NCBI GenBank assembly: GCA_020725385.1
Contig: DYFC01000036.1
Location: 1-22,415, forward strand
Reading direction: 5' to 3'
Source: Nitrospira japonica
GTDB lineage: Bacteria > Nitrospirota > Thermodesulfovibrionia > Thermodesulfovibrionales > SM23-35
DNA length: 22,415 nucleotides
Part shown: piece after piece, positions 1 through 7,205 of the stretch
Numbering within the stretch: position 1 is the stretch's first letter
How the letters are laid out: every line of letters starts with the position of its first letter
Notes under the pieces: generated by a model
What the model was told of the DNA's origin: nothing
Databases searched by the model: none
The model's input: only the letters and a program-made list of their open reading frames with translations
Position numbers and translations under genes: made by a program

Positions 1-42
1 GAATCATTTTCAGTTAGATTTTTGATGAGGCAATTCGGTGAT

Positions 43-71
43 TTGACTTTTTTAGATATTAATAATAAAAT
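43..71 (+). promoter_or_regulatory. sigma70-like promoter upstream of the 20-aa Cys-rich ORF
   Basis: TTGACT (43-48), 17-bp spacer, TAAAAT (66-71); near consensus, but the region is very AT-rich. Confidence 0.6.
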
Positions 72-126
72 AATTAATAAATAAGGGCATGAAGCCCTTT
101 GTCCTCTAAGAAAGGGGGTGCTGATT

Positions 127-189
127 ATGAAAATCAGAAAGGTGTCAAAGAGGGTCTCTCTGACCTGCAAGTGCAAAAGTTCCTGCTAA
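127..189 (+). CDS. small Cys-rich basic peptide MKIRKVSKRVSLTCKCKSSC (20 aa); candidate radical SAM-modified RiPP precursor
   Basis: Manually translated ATG127..TAA189; strong SD AAAGGGGGTG (111-120) 6 nt before ATG; promoter upstream and hairpin downstream; C-terminal CxCxxxC; higher GC than flanks. Confidence 0.7.
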   Translation: MKIRKVSKRVSLTCKCKSSC

Positions 190-193
190 TTAC

Positions 194-255
194 AAAAAAA
201 TAACCACAGAGACTTTCGATTATCCTCAATTTTATTATAGAAAGCTCTGTGGTTA
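194..255. terminator. intrinsic terminator hairpin between convergent peptide and ferredoxin genes (possibly bidirectional)
   Basis: TAACCACAGAG(A)CTTTC (201-217) pairs with GAAAGCTCTGTGGTTA (240-255); A7 at 194-200 gives a U-tail on the minus strand. Confidence 0.7.
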
Positions 256-262
256 AATAATT

Positions 263-448
263 TTATTCGATTGTAATCGCTTGAACAGGGCAAGTATCTG
301 CAGCTTCCTGACAATCACATGTATTGCATTTATCAGGACCTATAACATGAGCTTTCCCATCATCTCCAATCTTGAAAACCTGCGGACAGATTTCTTCGCA
401 TGTTGCGCATCCTTCACATAAATCTTCATTTACTACAGGTTTTGCCAT
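263..448 (-). CDS. ferredoxin ([4Fe-4S], single-cluster-type fold), 61 aa
   Basis: CEGCATCEEICP ... CPVQAI; start reassigned to ATG at 448 because SD AGGAGGT lies just upstream. Confidence 0.93.
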   Translation of the reverse strand: MAKPVVNEDLCEGCATCEEICPQVFKIGDDGKAHVIGPDKCNTCDCQEAADTCPVQAITIE

Positions 449-488
449 AAAAACCTCCTTTCTGGCAAACAATCCTTTAAAGAATTAT

Positions 489-977
489 TTAGCCCTCTAC
501 TATTGAATGCTCCTCCCACATATACCAATTGCCTGTATCTTTCATAAAATTATATGTATTTGAGAAAATCGCAAAATGCTGTTTTTCTTCTTCAATGAGT
601 CTTTCAAACAATTTCTTCTCTTTTTCTGTCTTTGCCTCTGTCCTTGTTTTATTATAAAATTCTATGCCCTCTTTTTCCATTTCCATAGCAATTCTGAATC
701 CTTCAAGCTCATCATTTGTAGCGGTGACTCTATTCATCATTGAATCTTTCATTGTCTCAAAAATAGTTTTAATATTTTGCATGGGGCTGACTTCTTTTAT
801 TGTTATATCAACTTCTTTTAGAATATTTGATAGCATCTGGAGATGCCTCTTTTCATCTTCTGTAATTGAAATAAACATCTTCTTTCCCACAGGATTTTGA
901 GTTTTTTGTGCTGCCTGTTGATAGAAATCAATCGCATCTTTTTCCATCTTAATTGCAATTTCTATTGCATTCATCAT
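489..977 (-). CDS. ferritin-like (rubrerythrin-family) diiron protein without a rubredoxin domain
   Basis: Duplicated E-x6-Y ... ExxH motifs (EKDAIDFY/EKRH; EKEGIEFY/EKQH); SD AAGGAGGG. Confidence 0.9.
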   Translation of the reverse strand: MMNAIEIAIKMEKDAIDFYQQAAQKTQNPVGKKMFISITEDEKRHLQMLSNILKEVDITIKEVSPMQNIKTIFETMKDSMMNRVTATNDELEGFRIAMEMEKEGIEFYNKTRTEAKTEKEKKLFERLIEEEKQHFAIFSNTYNFMKDTGNWYMWEEHSIVEG

Positions 978-1013
978 TCCCTCCTTGTTCTATCTTTCGT
1001 ACTATTAATAAAA

Positions 1014-1042
1014 AGTTTAAAGGTTTTAAAGATACCAGTCAA
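1014..1042 (-). promoter_or_regulatory. sigma70-like promoter for the ferritin-like/ferredoxin operon
   Basis: Minus strand TTGACT-17 bp-TAAACT. Confidence 0.5.
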
Positions 1043-1047
1043 CCAAT

Positions 1048-1086
1048 TTGTAAAATATTTTACTTTTAATTATAATTTATTATAAT
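1048..1086 (+). promoter_or_regulatory. sigma70-like promoter(s) of the radical SAM gene, overlapped by palindromic operator-like sites
   Basis: TTGTAA(1048-1053)-17 bp-TATAAT(1071-1076), second TATAAT at 1081-1086; perfect palindrome GTAAAATATTTTAC at 1050-1063. Confidence 0.5.
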
Positions 1087-1099
1087 AAAAAATATAAAA

Positions 1100-2074
1100 A
1101 TGAAACTACCATTTTTTATACAATTCTATCCTACATTAAAATGCAACCAGAGATGTGTCTTCTGTTTCAATCAGGGTTCCTCAAAAAATCATCATCATGA
1201 AATTAATAAAGAAAAAGCTCTCAAAATTGTTGACATTGCTTGCATTAATGGCATAAAAGAAATTGATATACTTGGCGGTGAACCTTTCCTTCTTGACTGG
1301 ATGCATGATTTTGTTAAATACGCTTCTGATTCAGGCTTATCTTTAAATATAAGCACCAATGGAAGCATCAGTATCAATCTTGAGAAGATTATAAAAATCT
1401 CTTCAAATTCATTGAAAATAGGCTTTTCCTTGCTCGGTTTTAAAGAAATTCATAACAATCTTACCTGTTCGAATAATTATGATTTAATTATTAAGAACAT
1501 AAAATTAACTATTTCATCAGAAAAGAACCCTATTGTAAAAAGTGTTCTGATGAAAAAAAATATGAAAGAGATTTCTACTCTCTTAGATTTCCTGATAGGA
1601 ATAGGAGTCAGGGAATATTATCTTTTGCACGAAGATATAATTGGCAGGGGAAAAATTGATTATATCTCTTTCCCAGAATATTACGATTTTTATCTAAAAC
1701 TTCAAGAAAAATTTAATGATGAAATTAAAATAGGTTGTGTTTCAGCTTCAGGTTTCTATAAATACAATGCAGCATCCGGCAAAAGATGCGATGCAGGATC
1801 TTCAAAGATTGCGATTATGCCGGATGGTTCTGTTTTTCCATGTAATCTTTTTGCAGGCATGAAAGACTTTATGTTGGGCAACATTTTTACAGAAGATTTG
1901 CGGTCAATATTAGAACATCCTTCTCTTAACTATTTTAGAAAGAAAGCTTACTCAAATCCGTGTAAGAATACTGATTGTAAATATTTTATAAATTGTACAG
2001 GAGGATGTCCTGCACATAGTTACTTTTTCTACAATAAACTTGACTTAGTTGACCCTCGCTGTAATAATTTATGA
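1100..2074 (+). CDS. radical SAM/SPASM domain protein (candidate peptide maturase)
   Basis: CNQRCVFC (CxxxCxxC), GGEP, STNG; SPASM: CDAG..IMPDGSVFPC, LGNI, C-x4-C-x5-CTGGCPA-..DPRC. Confidence 0.92.
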   Translation: MKLPFFIQFYPTLKCNQRCVFCFNQGSSKNHHHEINKEKALKIVDIACINGIKEIDILGGEPFLLDWMHDFVKYASDSGLSLNISTNGSISINLEKIIKISSNSLKIGFSLLGFKEIHNNLTCSNNYDLIIKNIKLTISSEKNPIVKSVLMKKNMKEISTLLDFLIGIGVREYYLLHEDIIGRGKIDYISFPEYYDFYLKLQEKFNDEIKIGCVSASGFYKYNAASGKRCDAGSSKIAIMPDGSVFPCNLFAGMKDFMLGNIFTEDLRSILEHPSLNYFRKKAYSNPCKNTDCKYFINCTGGCPAHSYFFYNKLDLVDPRCNNL

Positions 2075-2223
2075 AATGAGGTTCTTCTTTTAAAAGCTGC
2101 TGAATAAGGAGATAAAGTGCTGCTTTGATAGTAGAAAGAATTATAAAGAAATGAAAAAGGGATTGGAAGTTACAGGTAACTGAGAAAGAGAACCCTAATA
2201 CAATATAAAAAGGAGGTTAAACA

Positions 2224-3438
2224 ATGAAAGCGATCAAAATAAAACCCGACATCTACTGGGTAGGAGCTATTGACTGGGCAATCAGGGATTTTCATGGTTA
2301 TGTAACAACAAATGGTACGACCTATAACAATTACATTGTTCTTGATGAACAGATAACATTATTTGATACAGTTAAACATACTTTTTCTAAAACAACGATA
2401 GACAATATCAAGAGTCTTGTTGAACCATCAAAAATAAAAAATATCATAATTAACCACATCGAAAACGATCATGTAACAAGCCTTGACGATATAATGGCTT
2501 TGTCTCCTGATGCAAAAATTTATATAACCGAAAAAGGCAAAAAAGGGCTTGCAAGGTTCTTTGATATTTCAAAATGGGATATTAATGTAGTAAAAACAGG
2601 AGATACACTTAACATAGGAAAACGTAATCTATTATTTCTTGAGACTCCAATGCTTCACTGGCCTGATTCTATGATGACTTATATTAAAGAAGACAAACTT
2701 TTGATAAGTCAGGATGGATTCGGACAGCATTATGCTTCTGTTGCACGTTTTGATGATGAATTTATAACATGCTATTCAGTATCAGAACTCGAAGATGCTG
2801 TGATTGATTATTATTCAAATATTCTCATGCCTTTTGGAATACTCATCAAAAATAAAATTGCAGAGATTCAGAAACTTGGCCTCGAGATCGATATGATTGC
2901 TCCTGACCATGGCATAATCTGGAGAAAAGACCCCTCTAAAATACTTAACATGTATCTTGATATGGCTAACGGGAAAGCAGAACTCAGGGTTGCGATTATT
3001 TATGATACAATGTGGCAGAGCACAGAATTAATGACGGTACCGATTGCTCAGGGAATCCAGGACGAAGGAGTTGATGTAAAAGTAATGAAACTTAGAGCTG
3101 TTCCAAACAGCATAGCAATAAAGGAATTCTGGAAATCAAGAGGTTGTCTTATAGGTTCTCCAACCTTAAATAATTCGATGTATCCAACTGTTGCCGATTT
3201 TCTGACATATCTTAAGGGACTAAGACCAAGACATCGTCTGATAGGTGCATTCGGAAGTTATGGATGGGGTGGCGGTGCTGTCAGAGATATTTACGATGTT
3301 TTCAAGAAAACCGAACTTGAAATTGTCGAACCAGGAGTTCAGGTCAATTATAGACCTTCAATAGAAGATGAAGAAAAGTGTTATGATTTTGGCAGAGACT
3401 TTGCCAGAAAGGTAAAAGATTATCATACACAATTTTAA
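2224..3438 (+). CDS. fprA: flavodiiron protein (FprA/A-type flavoprotein, O2/NO reductase)
   Basis: GTTYNNY, NHIENDH metallo-beta-lactamase motif, MLHWPDSM, APDHG, flavodoxin domain YDTMWQST, GSPT, FGSYGWGG; SD AAGGAGG. Confidence 0.95.
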   Translation: MKAIKIKPDIYWVGAIDWAIRDFHGYVTTNGTTYNNYIVLDEQITLFDTVKHTFSKTTIDNIKSLVEPSKIKNIIINHIENDHVTSLDDIMALSPDAKIYITEKGKKGLARFFDISKWDINVVKTGDTLNIGKRNLLFLETPMLHWPDSMMTYIKEDKLLISQDGFGQHYASVARFDDEFITCYSVSELEDAVIDYYSNILMPFGILIKNKIAEIQKLGLEIDMIAPDHGIIWRKDPSKILNMYLDMANGKAELRVAIIYDTMWQSTELMTVPIAQGIQDEGVDVKVMKLRAVPNSIAIKEFWKSRGCLIGSPTLNNSMYPTVADFLTYLKGLRPRHRLIGAFGSYGWGGGAVRDIYDVFKKTELEIVEPGVQVNYRPSIEDEEKCYDFGRDFARKVKDYHTQF

Positions 3439-3450
3439 AAGGAGGTTTGA

Positions 3451-3771
3451 ATGGCTACATATCCAGAACAGTACTTGAGTATAAAAAAACGTTTTAAAAA
3501 ACTCTCTAAGGCAGTAGAAAATCTTGGCAAAGTTACACGTGAGTCTGGACCTATACCTGATAAAACCGCTCATCTTATCAAACTTGCAGCTTCGATTGCG
3601 ATAAGATCCGAAGGAGCTGCACATTCTCATATAAGGAGAGCAATTCAGGCAGGAGCAAAACCAGAAGAAATCTATCACGCAATTATACTACTTACAAGTA
3701 CTCTTGGATTCCCGACTGTTTCAGCAGCGATAAGCTGGGCAGATGAAATAATAGCAGAACATAAGAAATAA
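3451..3771 (+). CDS. carboxymuconolactone decarboxylase (CMD/AhpD-like) family protein
   Basis: K-x3-LIKLAASIA..AHSHIRRAIQAGAKPEEI..GFP pattern; no AhpD CxxC; SD AAGGAGG. Confidence 0.88.
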   Translation: MATYPEQYLSIKKRFKKLSKAVENLGKVTRESGPIPDKTAHLIKLAASIAIRSEGAAHSHIRRAIQAGAKPEEIYHAIILLTSTLGFPTVSAAISWADEIIAEHKK

Positions 3772-3786
3772 TGGTAAGATTTGTTT

Positions 3787-4458
3787 ATGAATGTAGAAAC
3801 TATATTACTCATATTAGAGTCTATTCTGCTTGTTGTAACAATTATACTACTGCTTTACAGCATCAAAGAAGGCAAAGAAAGAAGAAGCCTTCTTCTTGAA
3901 GTTGGCAAAGCTACTAAAATTTTAACCAGGCAGGAATATTTTCTTACTGTAAAAGATTCAATGATGGATGCTGAAAAAGAAATAACAGGTTTTATAACCG
4001 GAAGACCACCTTCACAGGATGATGAAAAAAGAATCAAAGATATTGCTCATAACATAGAAATACTCACTTCAAGAGGAGTTAAAGTTAAATACCTGATGCC
4101 AAAATTTCATGACAGGATACAGATTGGTTACTTATATAAAAAAGCCGGAGCTGAAATAAGATACAGCCCCTGTGCTATTGCAAATAACATACGGTATATA
4201 ATTATTGATGAACGTATAACTGTAATAGGGATTCCAGAATGTGTAGGAGAAAAAGAAGCTACAAGAAAAGGCTACAGGATCCCTGCTGAAGGGCTTGCTT
4301 CAATTCTCAAAGACCATTTTTATAGCTGCTGGGATCAAAGCACTGTCTTTGAGGATTATGTTAGAGAAATTGTAAAACAGACAGGAGCATCACCAAAGAT
4401 GCTTGAAAAAGAATTACATATTGAAAAGAAAGAAATCGAGAAAATTGTATCTATCTAA
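3787..4458 (+). CDS. hypothetical membrane-anchored protein (N-terminal TM, PLD/TrmB-like domain, possible C-terminal HTH)
   Basis: Long ORF in operon; hydrophobic ILLILESILLVVTIILLLYSI; RGVKVKYL..RYIIIDERITVIG; start may be ATG 3787 or TTG 3781. Confidence 0.75.
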   Translation: MNVETILLILESILLVVTIILLLYSIKEGKERRSLLLEVGKATKILTRQEYFLTVKDSMMDAEKEITGFITGRPPSQDDEKRIKDIAHNIEILTSRGVKVKYLMPKFHDRIQIGYLYKKAGAEIRYSPCAIANNIRYIIIDERITVIGIPECVGEKEATRKGYRIPAEGLASILKDHFYSCWDQSTVFEDYVREIVKQTGASPKMLEKELHIEKKEIEKIVSI

Positions 4459-4472
4459 GAGAGGAGGTAAAT

Positions 4473-4967
4473 ATGCAAAAGACAAACATTAATTTAATGG
4501 AAGCATTTGCCGGTGAATCACAGGCAAACAGAAAATATCTTGCTTTCGCAAAAAAAGCAGAAGATGAAGGATTCAAACAAATCGCAAAATTATTCAGGGC
4601 AGCAGCAGATGCCGAGACAGTTCATGCACTGAATCATCTAAGAGAGCTTGGTGAAATCAAAAGCACAAAAGAGAACCTTCAGGCTGCAATAGGCGGTGAA
4701 ACACATGAATTTGAAAGTATGTATCCGCAGATGATCGCAGATGCCGAAAAAGAAGGAATGAAAGGTGCTCTTAGAAGTTTTAATTACGCAAATGAAGTTG
4801 AGAAAATTCATGCTGAATTGTACAAAAAAGCACTTGATAATCTTGGAAAAAATGAAGTAGTAGATTATCATGTATGTCAAGTATGTGGAAATACTGTTGA
4901 AGGTGAAGCACCTGACAAATGTCCTATTTGCGGCGCTCCAAAGAAAAGTTTTAAAAAAATAGAATAA
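4473..4967 (+). CDS. rbr: rubrerythrin
   Basis: EAFAGESQANRKY, ETVHA, GETHE..MYP, EKIH; C-terminal rubredoxin CQVCG..CPICG; SD AGGAGGT. Confidence 0.95.
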   Translation: MQKTNINLMEAFAGESQANRKYLAFAKKAEDEGFKQIAKLFRAAADAETVHALNHLRELGEIKSTKENLQAAIGGETHEFESMYPQMIADAEKEGMKGALRSFNYANEVEKIHAELYKKALDNLGKNEVVDYHVCQVCGNTVEGEAPDKCPICGAPKKSFKKIE

Positions 4968-5026
4968 TTAAAAATATTTCTAATTAAAAACAATTTAATG
5001 TCTAATAAATAAAACGTTATAAATAT

Positions 5027-5090
5027 ATTCCCTTTTAGAAAAGTGGGATACCTTTATTAATTCCCCCTTAGAAAAGGGGGATTAAGGGGG
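5027..5090. repeat. tandem palindromic REP-like element (two copies of a TCCCCCTT-AGAA-AAGGGGGA hairpin unit)
   Basis: ATTCCCTTTTAGAAAAGTGGGAT (5027-5049) and ATTCCCCCTTAGAAAAGGGGGAT (5060-5082), followed by TAAGGGGG. Confidence 0.65.
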
Positions 5091-5121
5091 TTGTAATTTT
5101 AAAAAGAGGGGGAATAAATTA

Positions 5122-6630
5122 ATGAAAAAATTCAATTTATATCTTATTCTTCTACTTCTAACTTTCATTACGAATTTATACGCATCGGAGGAAAAAGAAA
5201 AAAAAGAATATGACTTTCCTTTAAGTCCTGCAACCAAAACATGTATCGGATGTCATATTAACTTCACTCCCGGGATTGTAAAAGATTGGTTTGAAAGCAG
5301 ACATTCAAGAACAACTCCCGGCGCAGCCATTAACAGACCTGATATTGAAAAGAGAATGTCATCACTTCAGGTTAATCCGGAATTACTTTCTTATGCTGTA
5401 GGTTGCTATGAATGTCACAGCCTGAATTCAGAGAAACATAAAGATACATTCAACCATATGGGCAGAAATATACATATAGTAGTCACCCCGGAAGATTGCA
5501 AAACATGTCATGTTGTTGAAGCTGTACAATTTTCTGTAAGCAAAAAATCATATGCTCATAAGATTTTAATGGACAACCCGGTTTACAGCCTTTTAGTTAA
5601 CACTCTTACAGGTTTAAAAAAATTCGATCAGGATAAATTAATTTCTGAAAAAGCAACCGGTTCAACACTTCATGAAACATGTCTCGGCTGTCATGGTACA
5701 GTAATAGACGTTGTTGCAACTAAAAATATTTCCACTAAAATAGGTGTTATGAATGTGCCTGATCTGAAAAATTGGCCAAACCAGGGAATTGGAAGAATAA
5801 ACCCAGATGGAAGCAGGGGCACATGTTCTGCCTGTCATGCAAGACACAGTTTTTCAATTGAAGTAGCAAGAAAACCTTATACATGCGGTCAATGCCATCA
5901 TGAACCCGATGTTCCTGCATGGAATGTTTACGAAGAAAGTAAACATGGTAATCTTTATTCATCACTCGGTAAAAACTGGAATTTCACAAATGTGCCATGG
6001 AGAATAGGTAAAGATATTAAAGCTCCAACATGTGCTACCTGTCATAATAGTCTGATTGTTTCACCGGAGGGTGAGATTATTTCGGAAAGGACGCATGATT
6101 TTGGCTCAAGATTATGGGTGAGATTATTCGGGCTTATTTACAGTCACCCCCAGCCAAAATACGGTGATACAACTATTATCAGAAATAAGGATGGATTACC
6201 AATGCCTGTAACTTTTTCCAATGAACCTGCTTCTGAATATTTAATTGACAGGGAAGAACAAAGAAAAAGGCAAAATATTATTAGTAGTGTTTGCAATTCC
6301 TGTCATAGCTCTCAATGGATAGCAGGTCATTTCAATAAACTGGATAACACTATCAATGAGACAAATACAATGTCTATGACAGCAACCTCAATTATGCTTG
6401 ACGTCTGGAAAAATAAATTCGCCGATAATTCAAATCCTTTTGATGAAGCTATCGAACAGAAATGGATAAAACAATGGTTATTCTATTCTAATTCCATAAG
6501 ATATTCTTCTGCTATGACAGGTGCTCCTGACTATACAAGCTTTAAGAACGGATGGTGGTATCTAACCGAAAACTTACAGAATATGAAAGACTGGCTCGAC
6601 TTTAAAAAGGAGATTTCGTTAAAAAAATAA
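5122..6630 (+). CDS. periplasmic octaheme cytochrome c, hydroxylamine oxidoreductase (HAO) family
   Basis: Signal peptide; 8 CxxCH motifs (CIGCH, CYECH, CKTCH, CLGCH, CSACH, CGQCH, CATCH, CNSCH); GIGRINPDGS, RHSFS, ESKHG, APTCATCH. Confidence 0.9.
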   Translation: MKKFNLYLILLLLTFITNLYASEEKEKKEYDFPLSPATKTCIGCHINFTPGIVKDWFESRHSRTTPGAAINRPDIEKRMSSLQVNPELLSYAVGCYECHSLNSEKHKDTFNHMGRNIHIVVTPEDCKTCHVVEAVQFSVSKKSYAHKILMDNPVYSLLVNTLTGLKKFDQDKLISEKATGSTLHETCLGCHGTVIDVVATKNISTKIGVMNVPDLKNWPNQGIGRINPDGSRGTCSACHARHSFSIEVARKPYTCGQCHHEPDVPAWNVYEESKHGNLYSSLGKNWNFTNVPWRIGKDIKAPTCATCHNSLIVSPEGEIISERTHDFGSRLWVRLFGLIYSHPQPKYGDTTIIRNKDGLPMPVTFSNEPASEYLIDREEQRKRQNIISSVCNSCHSSQWIAGHFNKLDNTINETNTMSMTATSIMLDVWKNKFADNSNPFDEAIEQKWIKQWLFYSNSIRYSSAMTGAPDYTSFKNGWWYLTENLQNMKDWLDFKKEISLKK

Positions 6631-7205
6631 TGAATGTAATAGCTTTTTTAGGAAGCCCGAGAAGAGAGGGCAACACAGAAACCCTGTTAAAGAAAGCAAT
6701 CGAAGGGATAGAAAGTTTAGGGCTTAATGTTAATCTTTTTAGATTAAACGAAATGGATATAATGCCCTGCCAGAACTGTGGTGGATGCGAGGAAACAGGT
6801 TTTTGTATTTACAATGATGATATGAACCAGATTTATGAAGCAATAAGGATAGCTAACAGAATTATCCTTGCATCACCTATTTTCTTTTTTGGATTAAGCG
6901 CACAGACAAAGGCAATGATAGACAGATGCCAGTCATTCTGGTGTGAAAAATATTTACTTAAGAAGCCCATAATTAGTGGAGAGTTTGGAAGAAAAGGTTT
7001 GCTTCTTCTTGTTGGAGGCATGAAGAAAGAAATGGGAATAGAATGTGCAGGTGCAACTGCAAAAGCTTTTTTCAGAACAATCAGTGTGCCTGAACACAAA
7101 ACACTTGCTTATCTCGGAATAGATGCAAAAGGTGAAATATTGAAACATCCAACAGCATTGAATGAAGCTTTTGAAGCAGGAAAAGAATTGGTGAAAATTA
7201 GATAA
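6630..7205 (+). CDS. iron-sulfur flavoprotein (Isf)/flavodoxin-like NADPH-dependent FMN reductase family
   Basis: GSPRREGNT, C-x2-C-x2-C-x5-C, ASPIFF, KAMIDRCQ; TAATG stop/start overlap with the cytochrome gene. Confidence 0.9.
   Translation: MNVIAFLGSPRREGNTETLLKKAIEGIESLGLNVNLFRLNEMDIMPCQNCGGCEETGFCIYNDDMNQIYEAIRIANRIILASPIFFFGLSAQTKAMIDRCQSFWCEKYLLKKPIISGEFGRKGLLLLVGGMKKEMGIECAGATAKAFFRTISVPEHKTLAYLGIDAKGEILKHPTALNEAFEAGKELVKIR

Noticed and set aside
1-84. Open + frame ESFSVRFLMRQFGDLTFLDINNKIINK* as the 3' end of an upstream gene
   Set aside because: Only 27 codons with no recognisable motif; cannot be told from chance without the upstream sequence
449-472. N-terminal extension of ferredoxin in the ORF track (MFARKEVF)
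   Set aside because: It contains the SD for ATG 448
664-1085. + strand ORFs 664-900 and 897-1085
   Set aside because: Antisense shadow of the ferritin-like gene or spanning the promoter region; no SD or motifs
2072-2107. Selenocysteine or readthrough at the rSAM TGA
   Set aside because: The SPASM motif is already complete, no SECIS-like hairpin is evident and a TAA follows after 10 codons
2151-2183. Mini-ORF MKKGLEVTGN and dyad AGTTAC-AG-GTAACT downstream of the rSAM gene
   Set aside because: No SD and no Cys or aromatic residue to modify; the dyad is too short to support alone
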